In this document: positions 7,894 to 19,300 of the stretch, in pieces
Numbering within the stretch: the stretch's first letter is position 1
Layout of the letters: every line of letters starts with the position of its first letter
IMG/VR virus record: IMGVR_UViG_3300025168_000063
Span: 11,536 to 75,535 of that record
Length of the DNA: 64,000 nucleotides
Direction: 5' to 3' (one strand)
Origin: a virus
Made by a program: the position numbers and the translations under genes
Notes under the pieces: generated by a model
Databases searched by the model: none
Told to the model about the DNA's origin: nothing
The model's input: the letters and a program-made list of their open reading frames with translations, nothing else

Positions 7894-7901
7894 ATATTTA
7901 T
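7894..7901 (+). promoter_or_regulatory. Putative late promoter ATATTTAT
   Basis: The same motif precedes gene starts at 529, 1559, 11294, 23950, 28702, 33235, 53277, 57916, 59857 (CTATTTAT) and 62917. Confidence 0.7.
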
Positions 7902-7925
7902 TATCAGGAATTAGGAGTTTACAAT

Positions 7926-8306
7926 ATGAATTTTGAAGATCAGGAATTATTTAAAGGTAAGTCGTTCTCATCCTTATTAAAGGATATATACACTACCACT
8001 AAAAATAAAGAAAAACAAATCAATATACTAATTAGTGAATTAAAACCACTAGTTAAGAATATTGGTGATGCTACTATTATAGTACCTCTAATCAAAGAGT
8101 ACTTGGAAGTTGGTGTTAAGAATGATGAGCATCTAGTCAAGATGGCAGCGGTAGTTCAGCGAGCAATGACTCGTGTAGAAGCTTCCGGAGGAGATTTGAT
8201 ATTGTCTGATGATGAAAAGCAGCAACTATTAGATACGATGAACGACATGGAAGATCCGGTTCAACAAAGCAAACTTGATGTCGTAAAGTCGAAAGTGAGT
8301 AAATAA
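7926..8306 (+). CDS. Hypothetical protein, first gene of late cluster
   Basis: Clean ORF with SD AGGAG. Confidence 0.75.
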   Translation: MNFEDQELFKGKSFSSLLKDIYTTTKNKEKQINILISELKPLVKNIGDATIIVPLIKEYLEVGVKNDEHLVKMAAVVQRAMTRVEASGGDLILSDDEKQQLLDTMNDMEDPVQQSKLDVVKSKVSK

Positions 8307-8307
8307 C

Positions 8308-9600
8308 ATGACGGGCTATTATGGACAATTTGAAAGTAATGATAATGCTACTACAAGTGGAATTCACTCTATACCACCTGCAGAAGGACCTGACTCAGTA
8401 ATGCAATTAGCTTTAGTAGTTAAGGTAGTAACAACTCCAACAAAAACCCATTCAGCAGGAACGATACAATTCAGACCATTACAAGATGGTAGTGTAATTG
8501 ATGCACCCAATAAACACCTACAATACGCAAGACCTGTAAATCAATTATTTGTTACTGTCCCAGTTATAGGTGAATATGTTTATATAATCAATGGTCCGCA
8601 CGGTACGAGCAATAGACCTGACCAGTTAGGAAAGGATGTGTGTCGACATTTCTATATGACTCCAATTTCTATTCGAGGAGATATAAATCATAATGTAAGT
8701 AGTGATAATTGGAATGTACTACTATCACATTCCCCAATGGAAGGTGACGCTGAAAACTATGAATCTAATTCAGACACACCACCACCCGATACTGATGAAG
8801 ATATAAGAAAAAGTCTCGGTAACGATTTCCATCGTAATTCAACGTACGAAGAAGGAGTTGAATCTACATTGGTAATGTCTCCTACAATATTTGAAGGTGA
8901 TGTATTGTTAAATGGAAGATTTGGTCAATCCATTAGAATGTCTACAACTATATCAGAAGGTGCAAGTGAAACATGGAGAGGAACAGCTAATCTAGAATTA
9001 GATCCACCATACTTAAAACCAATAACTATTATTAGAAATGGCTTACCAGAGGGAACTGAAGATAGGTATGTAGATAATCTAGAAACGGACCCATCAGCAA
9101 TTTATTTAACAAATGGCCAATTCATACCAGAACTGAAAAATCTAACACCGTTTGGTAATTCTAGAGGTATGGATATAGGCGAATTATTTGAACATGGTAA
9201 CCTAGGTGCAGGTGTCAATCAATGTATAATCAGAGCGGATCGAATTATGTCTATAGCACGTAGAGAAATATACGCTTGGAGTGAGCTCGGTATATCATTA
9301 GCAACAAGAGGTACAGTTTCGATAGATGCAGGACCACTATGCATTATTGATGGCTCTCAAATTAATCTAGGTACAGGAGCTGGAAGTAACACCGATGATA
9401 GAGATCTTACTTATGCGGTAAGAGGAGAACAACTGCAAAGAGTGCTATTGGAAATAATAAATGCATTCTCAACAACAACCGTAGTAGCAGGTGGTGTCAC
9501 TGGTAATCTGATCCCACTACCATCACTAAGCCAGATGTATTCAGATATAGTAGATGGACAAGAAACGGGATTATTTAGCAAAAAAGTTTTCTTAGAGTAG
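8308..9600 (+). CDS. Baseplate hub/spike protein (gp5/VgrG-like OB-fold plus beta-helix)
   Basis: VPVIGEYVYI (OB-fold 'PxxGexV' motif), GDVLLNGRFGQSIRM and C-terminal AVRGEQL; lies upstream of gp25/gp6. Confidence 0.65.
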   Translation: MTGYYGQFESNDNATTSGIHSIPPAEGPDSVMQLALVVKVVTTPTKTHSAGTIQFRPLQDGSVIDAPNKHLQYARPVNQLFVTVPVIGEYVYIINGPHGTSNRPDQLGKDVCRHFYMTPISIRGDINHNVSSDNWNVLLSHSPMEGDAENYESNSDTPPPDTDEDIRKSLGNDFHRNSTYEEGVESTLVMSPTIFEGDVLLNGRFGQSIRMSTTISEGASETWRGTANLELDPPYLKPITIIRNGLPEGTEDRYVDNLETDPSAIYLTNGQFIPELKNLTPFGNSRGMDIGELFEHGNLGAGVNQCIIRADRIMSIARREIYAWSELGISLATRGTVSIDAGPLCIIDGSQINLGTGAGSNTDDRDLTYAVRGEQLQRVLLEIINAFSTTTVVAGGVTGNLIPLPSLSQMYSDIVDGQETGLFSKKVFLE

Positions 9601-9603
9601 ACA

Positions 9604-11277
9604 ATGGCACTATCCTATAGAGAAGGCGGACTTCCCCAATTCAGACCACCACCGTGTATGGCCACTCCACCTATCCCACCCGTAATGAATCCAATGGTTA
9701 AGTTAGAACAACTAACAATCAAGCTTGCGATCAAGAAGGCTCAGATATTAGCTGGTCTTGAACAAAAGAAGCAAGAGGTCATTGCGAAAGCAAAATTAGA
9801 AATACAAAATGCAATTAAGAATGCATTGGGAATTCTTAAGAATCCACTCGAAGAACCAATCAAGATCAAAAAAGAACAACTGAAGCGTGCAAAAGCAAAG
9901 TTGGATAAAATTATAGCTAAAAAAGAAGAGCTGGAAAGAAAGATTCAAAAATTAGTCGATCTGTATGAGAAGTATAAAAATCTAGACGAAGTTCTATATG
10001 CAGAAGCAATGAAACTTATACAAGAGCAAATCGCAAAATATAAAATTAAGATAGAAGAAGAGCTAGCAGAGCTGAAGGCAAAAGCAAAAGAAAGAATAGA
10101 TGCTGAGAAGAAACGATTAATGGCCAAGCTAGAGATTGAAGAAAAGAAAAGAAAGATTGATGAGTATAAGAAGAAGATAGATAATGTAAAGAAAGAATAT
10201 AAAAAGATTCAGGAAACAGTTCAAGAGATTAAAGAGATAGCAGAAAAGATACAGTATATAATAGAGCACGCAGACGAAGAAGCTATGAAATTTGTAATAG
10301 AAAAGTCAAAGCCAATCTTGGAGGAAAAGAAAAAAAAGTTGGAAGCAAAGCTTGAACCTCATAAGAAACGTCTTGATGAAAAGATGAAAAAGATAAAAGC
10401 TAAGATAGCTGAAATAACAGCTGGAATACCAAATATTCCAGGTGCACTTAGATATCAAATGTTTAGCATGGGAGTCACTCTGTATTGGACAGGAGCAATA
10501 ATAAATCCGGGTCCAGGAGCTCCTAATGGAATTATAGTATTAAATCCAGGTTCTCCAATTATGACATTCAATCCAACATTTGATCTTAAAACTCAAGGAA
10601 CCGATCCTGCAGAACCTATTAGACAATTAATTCCAATGTTGAAAGGACATCTAGCAACGGTAAGTGGATTGTATCTATTGCCAACTGGAACACCACCATT
10701 TACACCTCTGCCTTGGGTGGGTTACGGATCTACCATTGAGTGGGAATCGACATTTGTACAGCCAGTAGCTATGGGATTAAAAAATGGAGTAGATAGTTTA
10801 GGAAATTTATTAGCTGACAACTATGATAGAGCTATAAAGACAGGATTTCCAAATGCTCCTGCGATACCAATTCCTTTCACATCAGGAGTAGCTCAAAAAA
10901 TAAAATCTATGACTATGATAGCTGATCTTGATGGAATAAAGGATATGTTAATGGCAATGGCGTATGAAATTCCGATAGTACCAATAAAGCGTGAGATGGA
11001 TAAACTTATTAAGAAAAAGAAGGAGCTTGAGGAGCGGATCGTCAAGCCTATACTAATAGAAAAGGAAAAAATAGAAGCAGAAATAGCTAAATTAAAAAAA
11101 TACCAAATAAAGGTAGAAGAATATATGGAGTGCATGAAGGAATATGCGTTATGGGCCCAAGAACAGCAAGCTGCTGTAGCATACTACTCCGACCCATCAA
11201 ATGTATTAGCGGGAGCTATAGATGGAGTAGGTAATCTTGCCAATGAAGCAGGAGACTTAGGCAGTATCCCAAGCTAG
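9604..11277 (+). CDS. Coiled-coil protein with central globular domain (baseplate cluster)
   Basis: Long K/E-rich heptads flank a Pro/Gly-rich YWTGA...HLATVSG...PWVGY domain. Confidence 0.6.
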   Translation: MALSYREGGLPQFRPPPCMATPPIPPVMNPMVKLEQLTIKLAIKKAQILAGLEQKKQEVIAKAKLEIQNAIKNALGILKNPLEEPIKIKKEQLKRAKAKLDKIIAKKEELERKIQKLVDLYEKYKNLDEVLYAEAMKLIQEQIAKYKIKIEEELAELKAKAKERIDAEKKRLMAKLEIEEKKRKIDEYKKKIDNVKKEYKKIQETVQEIKEIAEKIQYIIEHADEEAMKFVIEKSKPILEEKKKKLEAKLEPHKKRLDEKMKKIKAKIAEITAGIPNIPGALRYQMFSMGVTLYWTGAIINPGPGAPNGIIVLNPGSPIMTFNPTFDLKTQGTDPAEPIRQLIPMLKGHLATVSGLYLLPTGTPPFTPLPWVGYGSTIEWESTFVQPVAMGLKNGVDSLGNLLADNYDRAIKTGFPNAPAIPIPFTSGVAQKIKSMTMIADLDGIKDMLMAMAYEIPIVPIKREMDKLIKKKKELEERIVKPILIEKEKIEAEIAKLKKYQIKVEEYMECMKEYALWAQEQQAAVAYYSDPSNVLAGAIDGVGNLANEAGDLGSIPS

Positions 11278-11293
11278 AAACTTAATGTAACAT

Positions 11294-11301
11294 ATATTTA
11301 T
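11294..11301 (+). promoter_or_regulatory. Putative late promoter ATATTTAT
   Basis: Intergenic and followed by SD AGGAG. Confidence 0.7.
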
Positions 11302-11317
11302 ATCCAGGAGATACTAA

Positions 11318-11830
11318 ATGAAAAAATCAGAATTAATTCAAACAATTAAGGAAGCATTGATTCCAGAAATTGAAAAAATCGTAACGAAACGTGTAAACAT
11401 CGCAACTGCGCAGATTATCAGAGAGAATAGAAAATCTGCAAAGCCCGCGATTCAAAAAACTGAAACATCTTTGTCAAGTTTAATGAGTGAAAAGTCTGAA
11501 CCTAATTCTTATGAAGTACGGGGAGAAAAAAGTTATACTAAGCAAACATTCGTTAAAGGTAATGATGTGTTGAATGATATGCTGAATGAAACAGCTCAAC
11601 AAGCTCAAGAGTATAAAACGATGGGAGGTGGTGAGTATACATCAGATATGGCTAAAAACTTCAGAGCAGCAAATCCAATGGATGCTTTCGGAGGTGGTAA
11701 GCCAACAGCTGATCAAATGATCCCAGACGATCGTAGAGGTAGAGATATACCAGATGCATTGGCTACTGCATTAACAAAAGATTATTCATCATTGGTGAAA
11801 TCAGATTCATTCAATAAAAGAAAAAAATAA
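11318..11830 (+). CDS. Hypothetical late protein
   Basis: SD AGGAG; MKKSELIQTIKE...IIRE; LNDMLNETA; ALTKDYS. Confidence 0.7.
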   Translation: MKKSELIQTIKEALIPEIEKIVTKRVNIATAQIIRENRKSAKPAIQKTETSLSSLMSEKSEPNSYEVRGEKSYTKQTFVKGNDVLNDMLNETAQQAQEYKTMGGGEYTSDMAKNFRAANPMDAFGGGKPTADQMIPDDRRGRDIPDALATALTKDYSSLVKSDSFNKRKK

Positions 11831-11841
11831 GAGTACGGTAG

Positions 11842-12438
11842 ATGCCAAATTACTTGGATCCATTAACAGCAGCAGAACTGCAAGCTAATCAAGAGCAGGC
11901 AGGACTAGCTAATTATGCAGCAGGATTTATTCCTAAGTTCATAGCTCCTATTGATATGGACCCAAATATATCCATAGGATTTACGTTACCATTTGGTACG
12001 ACTCAGACTGGACCTAGCTTTAATGCAAGCTTCACAACAATAGAAGCGGTACGACATAATTTAGCAAATCTACTACTAACTACAAGAGGTGAGCGGTTAT
12101 CAAATCCAAGCTTTGGTTCAAATCTAAAATTTATATTATTCGAACCAAATGACGATAATGTTATAGCACTAATACGAGCAGCAGTAAATGAGGCAGTTAA
12201 AGAGCACATGTCGTATATAGATATATTGGATATAGATGTAGATAGATATGATAACGGAACATCACTATCTGCAACTTTAAATGTAACAATAACATTCTCC
12301 ATAAACGATGGTGCGGATCAAGCGGCTATAGGAATACCTCTAGTGCTAGCAGACTTCGATGGAGGAATGGGAGGAACGTCTCAACAGAATATGGACTTAG
12401 CGGCGAATAGTCTTTCGTCAGCAGGAGGAGGATACTAA
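11842..12438 (+). CDS. Baseplate wedge subunit, gp25-like
   Basis: NLLLTTRGERLSNPSFGSNLKFILFEP is the GPW_gp25 signature. Confidence 0.9.
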   Translation: MPNYLDPLTAAELQANQEQAGLANYAAGFIPKFIAPIDMDPNISIGFTLPFGTTQTGPSFNASFTTIEAVRHNLANLLLTTRGERLSNPSFGSNLKFILFEPNDDNVIALIRAAVNEAVKEHMSYIDILDIDVDRYDNGTSLSATLNVTITFSINDGADQAAIGIPLVLADFDGGMGGTSQQNMDLAANSLSSAGGGY

Positions 12439-14315
12439 TGCCAACAGAAAATGTAAAACGTGAAATAAGATATTTAAGCAAAGACTTTGCTGGGTTTCGT
12501 GATGCACTAGTGCAACACGCCAAGACTTATTTTCCATCTACCTACAACGACTTTAGTGATGCATCATTAGGTATGATGCTAATAGAAATGTCAGCTTACG
12601 TTGGCGACGTTCTATCATACTACATGGACGACCAGATTAAAGAAACAATGCTATCACACGCAACACAACGAGATAATGTAGTTGCAATGGCACAAGCTCT
12701 GGGATATAGACCCAAACCATCAGTACCAGCCATAGCTAAATTAAAACTATACCAATTGATTCCGGCTAAAGATTCTAATGATGAACCAGACTTCAGATAC
12801 GCTTTAAATATAAAAGAAGGCATGACGGTTAAATCATCCGCTGGAAAGACTGAATTTAGAACCAACGACTCAGTTGACTTTGCAGCATCTAGTTCTCAAA
12901 ATCCAACTGAAATATCTGTATACTCATCTGATGATGCTACAAATAAACCAACATATTATTTGGTAAAGAAAGATGTGTTCGCAACATCGGGAAAAGTAAA
13001 GAGTCATTCTGTTACCGTTGGAAATCCATCACAATTCTTTAAAATTAAACTACCTGACAATAATATCATTCGAATAATAAAAGTCGTAGATTCAAACGGA
13101 AACACGTGGTCGGAAGTTCCATATCTAGCCCAAGATGTAAAGTTTGAAGATATAAGAAATGACGCTGCTAATGATAGTCGTCTATCACAATATAGTGATG
13201 AGTCTCCATATCTACTTAAACTAAAACGGATACCAAAACGATTTACAACCAAGATAACATCTAAAAATCTAATGGAGCTGCAATTCGGATCGGGTATATC
13301 AACACAAGCTGATGAAGAATTAATACCAAATCCAGATAATATTGGTATTCAAACTAAGGATGGTAGACAATCATTAGATGCGGGATTCGATCCAAGCAAC
13401 TTTATGTATACTAAAGCATATGGAGAAGCGCCAGCCAACGTCAGCTTAACAGTAACTTATATGATAGGTGATGGATTACAATCCAATGTATCTGCTGGCA
13501 CACTGACAAAGATTCAAACAATATCATATACGGAAAATGCTGTAGCACAGCAAGATCTGTCATCTGCAGTATTGGCTTCGGCAAGGAACTCGGTAGCAGC
13601 CACGAATGAAGACCCAGCTCAAGGAGGTCGTTCATTTGAAACTACAGAAGAAATTAGACAAAATGCTATGGCAGCATATGGATCTCAAATGAGAGCTGTA
13701 ACACGAGAAGATTATATTGGGAGATTGTATTCAATGCCATCACAATATGGTAGTGTAGCCAAAGCATACATAGTACAAGATTTTCAATTGAATGCATATA
13801 CTAACGAAGAAGAATCAAATCCTCTAGCATTATGTCTCTACACTTTGAGCTATAACAAAAGCAAGAAACTAACCACTACTGGTGAAGCAACTAAGGAAAA
13901 TATTAAAACATATTTGTCTCAGTATAGACTAATGACTGATGCAATAAATATAAAAAATGGCCATGTTATTAATATTGGAATTAACTTTGAAGTAATAGTA
14001 ATCCCAAGCTTCAATAGCAACGAAGTTTTATTAAAGTGTATAAACGGGTTAAAGGGAAAATTCTCAACTGATAGAATGCAGTTTAACGAACCAATATTAA
14101 TAAGTGAGATATACTCACAACTATCATCAGTGGAAGGTGTACAATCGGTTACCAATGTTGCACTTGTAAATAAAGTAGGAGGAGATTATTCTTCAAACGC
14201 ATATGATATCGAAGGTGCAACTATAAACAAAGTACTCTACCCAGCTGTCGATCCATCAATATTTGAAATCAAATATCCAGATGTAGATATCGTGGGAAGA
14301 CTAGCAACCTATTAG
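12438..14315 (+). CDS. Baseplate wedge subunit, gp6/baseplate J-like
   Basis: KDF...YNDFSDASLGMMLIEMSAYVGDVLSYY, ALGYRPK, LQFGSG and GGRSFETTEEIR...QMRAVTREDY. Confidence 0.92.
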   Translation: MPTENVKREIRYLSKDFAGFRDALVQHAKTYFPSTYNDFSDASLGMMLIEMSAYVGDVLSYYMDDQIKETMLSHATQRDNVVAMAQALGYRPKPSVPAIAKLKLYQLIPAKDSNDEPDFRYALNIKEGMTVKSSAGKTEFRTNDSVDFAASSSQNPTEISVYSSDDATNKPTYYLVKKDVFATSGKVKSHSVTVGNPSQFFKIKLPDNNIIRIIKVVDSNGNTWSEVPYLAQDVKFEDIRNDAANDSRLSQYSDESPYLLKLKRIPKRFTTKITSKNLMELQFGSGISTQADEELIPNPDNIGIQTKDGRQSLDAGFDPSNFMYTKAYGEAPANVSLTVTYMIGDGLQSNVSAGTLTKIQTISYTENAVAQQDLSSAVLASARNSVAATNEDPAQGGRSFETTEEIRQNAMAAYGSQMRAVTREDYIGRLYSMPSQYGSVAKAYIVQDFQLNAYTNEEESNPLALCLYTLSYNKSKKLTTTGEATKENIKTYLSQYRLMTDAINIKNGHVINIGINFEVIVIPSFNSNEVLLKCINGLKGKFSTDRMQFNEPILISEIYSQLSSVEGVQSVTNVALVNKVGGDYSSNAYDIEGATINKVLYPAVDPSIFEIKYPDVDIVGRLATY

Positions 14316-14325
14316 GAGACTGTAA

Positions 14326-15498
14326 ATGATATATTTTTATTATCCAACAAAGGATACAACCATATATGAAGAGGATACTAGTAAGAATACTGGTAAGGAT
14401 GAGATAATCGAGCTTACTAAGATAACATCTGGTTCGACAAGGCGAGAAGATAATTTAGCTGTATATGGTAATACATTCAACACTAGAATCTTATTACAAT
14501 TTGATTATGCAAATTTGTCTGCATCTATTGTTGGTGGAACAATACCAACATTTAGCACTTCGTCTACAACCAACTCAGCTGCCTTTATGAAGCTTCACGT
14601 ATCAAGAGAAGAAGCAATCACAGACTCAGAAACTATTGAAATGCAACCACTGAGTATGAGTTCTGATTTGAATTGGACTGAAGGAAAGGGTAGAGATAAA
14701 AGTATAAACGAATCCGGACTTGCGATCGCAGAAGGGGGAGCGTCGTGGACTCACTCTCGACTAGAATCAAATACGGTTTGGGATACAACGCGATATAGTC
14801 CAGCTGTAAACGCTAAAAACAATTGGGCAACAAATTCAGGTGGTGGTACGTGGCATAGAAATGATGCATATTCAGGCTCGCAAGATTTGACAACCACATC
14901 TGGTGATATATCCATAGACATAACAAATGGAATAGGACATCATTTAGATGGGACTCTAGCTAACAAAGGATGGGTAGTAAAAAGAACAGATGCTAATGAA
15001 ACTAATAATAGCCGTTATGGATCGCATAAATATTTTTCAATAGATACTCATACAATATATGCTCCTAAATTAGAAATAAAGTGGGATGATTCAACAATTG
15101 AAGGAACTGGATCATCTACAACTCTATCAGCTGATGACATATTAGTATATCCAAAGAATAATAAAGGAGAATACAAAAAAGATTCGAGAGAGCGAATTAG
15201 AGTTTCAAGCAGAGAAAAATATCCAACGAAGACTTACGCAACATCGTCAGACTATTCCACTACAAATTATCTACCAGCAACTTCGTATTGGGGAATTAAA
15301 GATTTACAAACAGAAGAACATGTTATAGATTTTGATACTAACTATACAAAGCTGAGTTGTGATGCAAACGGGAATTACTTTGACTTCTGGATGGATGGAT
15401 TACAACCCGAAAGATATTATAAATTTATATTCAGAGTAGACCGTGGAACTAGAAAGCAGTTCTTTGATGAAGATTTTGCATTTAAGATAGTGAGATAG
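14326..15498 (+). CDS. Virion structural protein (baseplate-associated, carbohydrate-binding-like)
   Basis: KDTTIYE...NTG...RILLQFD...WTEGKG...PKLEIKWDD; cluster context. Confidence 0.55.
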   Translation: MIYFYYPTKDTTIYEEDTSKNTGKDEIIELTKITSGSTRREDNLAVYGNTFNTRILLQFDYANLSASIVGGTIPTFSTSSTTNSAAFMKLHVSREEAITDSETIEMQPLSMSSDLNWTEGKGRDKSINESGLAIAEGGASWTHSRLESNTVWDTTRYSPAVNAKNNWATNSGGGTWHRNDAYSGSQDLTTTSGDISIDITNGIGHHLDGTLANKGWVVKRTDANETNNSRYGSHKYFSIDTHTIYAPKLEIKWDDSTIEGTGSSTTLSADDILVYPKNNKGEYKKDSRERIRVSSREKYPTKTYATSSDYSTTNYLPATSYWGIKDLQTEEHVIDFDTNYTKLSCDANGNYFDFWMDGLQPERYYKFIFRVDRGTRKQFFDEDFAFKIVR

Positions 15499-15502
15499 GA
15501 AT

Positions 15503-16324
15503 ATGGTAAAAGTAGCAGGCGGATATAGTGTTGGTGATGATATAAAAATGGACAACAAACAATCCATGAAATCATACGTTAACTTCAGCAGGCTTGGAGA
15601 AGATATGCTTTCTGAATCGGATTATACTCCAGAAGAAGATTATGTATACAAACCAGTATCTGAAACAGATCCTTGGTTCACTAAGGATTACATTACTGTA
15701 CACCATACATCCGGAGGAGAATTTTTCATACAACGAAAGGATGGTACAGAACCAAACAATATGGCACAAACATATGCCGGACCATATTTTGTATGGAAAC
15801 GGGATCCAGAATATAGCTCAGGGCGACGAACTAACTATGGTATTGAAGGAGAGGCTGTAATAGGTAAATCATATTATGGGAAGCATGGATATGGTAAGCC
15901 AAAAAATCAAGGACTACGATCTAATAGGATATTAGAGGGACTCACAACTATACTAAGACAGCCATTAGGTGGCGAGTCTTTCTTCGTTAGTGATGCTCCA
16001 GATCCAGAACCGTCTCCACAGCCAAAGAATAGATATGAGATTGAAGAGGCTAGAAAAAAGGGCATCCATTTAGACAAAGTAGCCCAAAAGTCAGTCAACC
16101 TACCATCAGCTATAAAGATAAATAATATTAGTGAGCATAAATACATACACACTACGGATTTGATATCACTATCTCCTGGAATAGAAATCCTAAAACAGCC
16201 AAATACAAATATAAATGCTCTTGCTCCATCGAACAAGAAGTTTGGTATGAAAGGAAGAGCTCCAATAATAACAGATCAACCAAATACAAAAATAGACTTT
16301 AACAATAGACCGATAGGTGGATAG
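15503..16324 (+). CDS. Hypothetical protein (baseplate cluster)
   Basis: 273-aa ORF with tight packing. Confidence 0.65.
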   Translation: MVKVAGGYSVGDDIKMDNKQSMKSYVNFSRLGEDMLSESDYTPEEDYVYKPVSETDPWFTKDYITVHHTSGGEFFIQRKDGTEPNNMAQTYAGPYFVWKRDPEYSSGRRTNYGIEGEAVIGKSYYGKHGYGKPKNQGLRSNRILEGLTTILRQPLGGESFFVSDAPDPEPSPQPKNRYEIEEARKKGIHLDKVAQKSVNLPSAIKINNISEHKYIHTTDLISLSPGIEILKQPNTNINALAPSNKKFGMKGRAPIITDQPNTKIDFNNRPIGG

Positions 16325-16326
16325 TC

Positions 16327-19300
16327 ATGGCGAATACAGACAATAATACAGCTGCAATAATAGATCAGTCTAATAGAAGAATATTGGCGGGATATCCGTT
16401 TACTATAGATTGTGGTGTCTTAGGTGAAGATAATGTAAACACTACTGGTGGAGAAGTAATTGTAACATGGTATAAGGATGGAACATCACTGGCAACAGGA
16501 TTATCATATACGGTGACTAAGCCAACAGAAGAAGATAGTGGTAATTATTATTTTGTCGCAACAAATAACTTTGGATCTACAACCAGTGAATCAGTAACTA
16601 TAGAAATAATCACTCCAGGAGAAGACCAATTCAAAGTTAATATGGTACAGAATGCATATGGAGAAAATGGGATTGCAAATTGGACTCCACAAATAGGAAG
16701 CTTCAGAATTAAAAAATTCTGGGCCACTTCTGGAGATAAAAGTTGGGCAGGAGCTAATTCTAGATTCCCAAACCCAGCATTGATTGATCCTAAATATGCA
16801 TTACGAGATGGATTGGTATTCTTTACTCCCAATCATATAGAGTATCTAGTTGTAACGGGTACGGGGGAGAATAAAATCAGGACAATGGTTGAAGCCAACG
16901 ACGGTCTAGGTTTTACCTCAACATTTCAAGATATTTATATAACAGATCCAGACACTGTTGATATTATTGATAGAAAAGTTGAAGGAGTATTTGATGTAGA
17001 GGCCAAGTGTTTTGGATATCTAGGTCAAGCAAGAGCTATGGAGGTATATCCTAAAAGTTCTAAATACAATAGTGGTTTTATAACTAAAACTGGAAATGGA
17101 GCAGATGATAGACCTGACTATGTAGAAACTATACGTGAGTGTAGAGATGAAGCTAAATTACGATATGAATTTTATGATGCTAATGATGAGATGATGAAGG
17201 AATTCGAGATGGACAGCTTTAGACCAACTGCAGTAAAAGCTGCATTTGCTATAGGGTACAGATCAATTTCAATTCCTCCTGGAACAAGAAGAGTTAGAAT
17301 CCATATGTTATTTCGAAGAGATGATAGAGAGCATGAGTGGTTGAGCGAAAAGCAAACATTTGCAAAATCATTTTATTGTGGAATACATGCAGTAAACTTT
17401 AGAATATTTATCAACAAGGATGGCTTAAAATTTCCATCAGTAAAATTCAACCCAGATGATATCATAGACTCTAATTTAGACGACTTACTCGAACAGCAAA
17501 TAATGGATGCTCAAGTAGAGCGAGCTAAATGTTCTAACTTGATTGAGACTTTAGGAAATGTAGAGCTTAGAAATCATATTACTAGCGATTATAAACACCC
17601 AACCCAAGATGGGGTCTTGCAAGGAGGTATTGAACAGCTCACAAGGTGGGCAATGCACGAGCAAATTAGATACAAACTCACCAACGGGCATACTACCTCC
17701 CCATTACCAGGAAAACAAGGAAGTTTATTTCCTATATATGATATAAATAATATTGAAGCAGGCCCTAGAAGAATCGAACACGGTGATCGTCATTTTGCTT
17801 CACGAGCGTGGGATGTAGACAAAAAGACTAGTGGCCATTATGTTCCTCAAGCTGTGACTGCTAATCTACATATTAGTAAAAGACTGTCAGCTATCAGCCA
17901 AGGACAAGCAAGAGACAGTCATTTATTTCTACAAAAGATGAACTTTATATATAATAATGAAAAATTAATAAATCTTATTATTGAAGCCTTTACTGACAGC
18001 TACACTTCACTAATGGGACCAGACGGTCTTTCTTGGTGGGAAGCATTTTGGGCAGAATATGGTGTAAGAGGAGAATTTGGATACAATGCAACACATAAAA
18101 AAAATTGGATAGCAGCTGTTGTCGGAGGTAAACCAGAAGATCAAGATTCTGGTACAGTGTCCGATAGAATTAAAATTGCTTACGCATTAGCTGGCAATAG
18201 AAAAACTAATTCCTATCCATACAACCTCGGCGCTTTATTCTTCAGACCTGGAAAAGGTTTTGGAGGATCTGATATGATGGATGATGTTTTAACTAATTTA
18301 TATGGTGGTTTTGAATCTTACTATACTGTAAATTTAGGATTTTTCTGGCACTCTGTAACTCATCACTACTGGCAGTCAACGACGGAGGTTGAATTCTCCA
18401 AATATTATAATAAAGGATCAAATTATTCAATCCTCAATACTAGCACTTATAATAAGGAACGTTGGTTAAGTGATGAATATCTCGATGAGTTTAAAGAGAG
18501 ATTAAATGATGTTGGTGAAGATAGAGTCTACGATGATTCTATTAAAATGACCGTAAAGGAAATATACGAAAGTATATATGATGGCGATAAATCATCAGCA
18601 ATATTTCAAGATTGCGTGCAGGCGTATGTACCACCAAGTTCCTTCAGCACAAACCACTGGTTCAAACCAAACCCAGACGATCCGGATACGTGGTACGATC
18701 TTCAAGAGAACTCTGATAAGAAGGAAGTTTATATAGCAAGACTAGAAGATTTATCAGAAACAAAAAGAGGAGAATTTACATACTCTCCGTATGATAGAGG
18801 TGGTTATACAATTGGATATCACTATCCGTGTGAGATAATCGATCAAAATCCTGTAGCATATTCCACATGGGATAACAATCTTATTCTTACCGAATCACAG
18901 CCAATGATTGCAAAAATTATTTGGCCAGGAATGGGTAGTAGTCTTTGGTTTAAATACCGAGATCTAATGTATAATATAAACGAATATACCATAATGGATT
19001 ATAGTCTGGATGATATGGTAGGTAAAATAACTGAATCAAAATGGAAAATGTTAGAAAACTTCTTTATAACAACAAGATCTCCTATCGTATTTAATGAAAA
19101 AATTTCAATGAAATCTGCTCCATACAATGGAAGCCCTACGGGGAATTTTGATTTTAAGGACTCTGATCGAAACAATACATGGCATGGATATTATTCTCAA
19201 CATAAGTATTTGGATGATAATATGATATTTGACACTCCTGGCAAGTCCTATAATGGGGAAAGCTTCATAACAAAGAGCACCACTCTCGGTACTGGTAATA

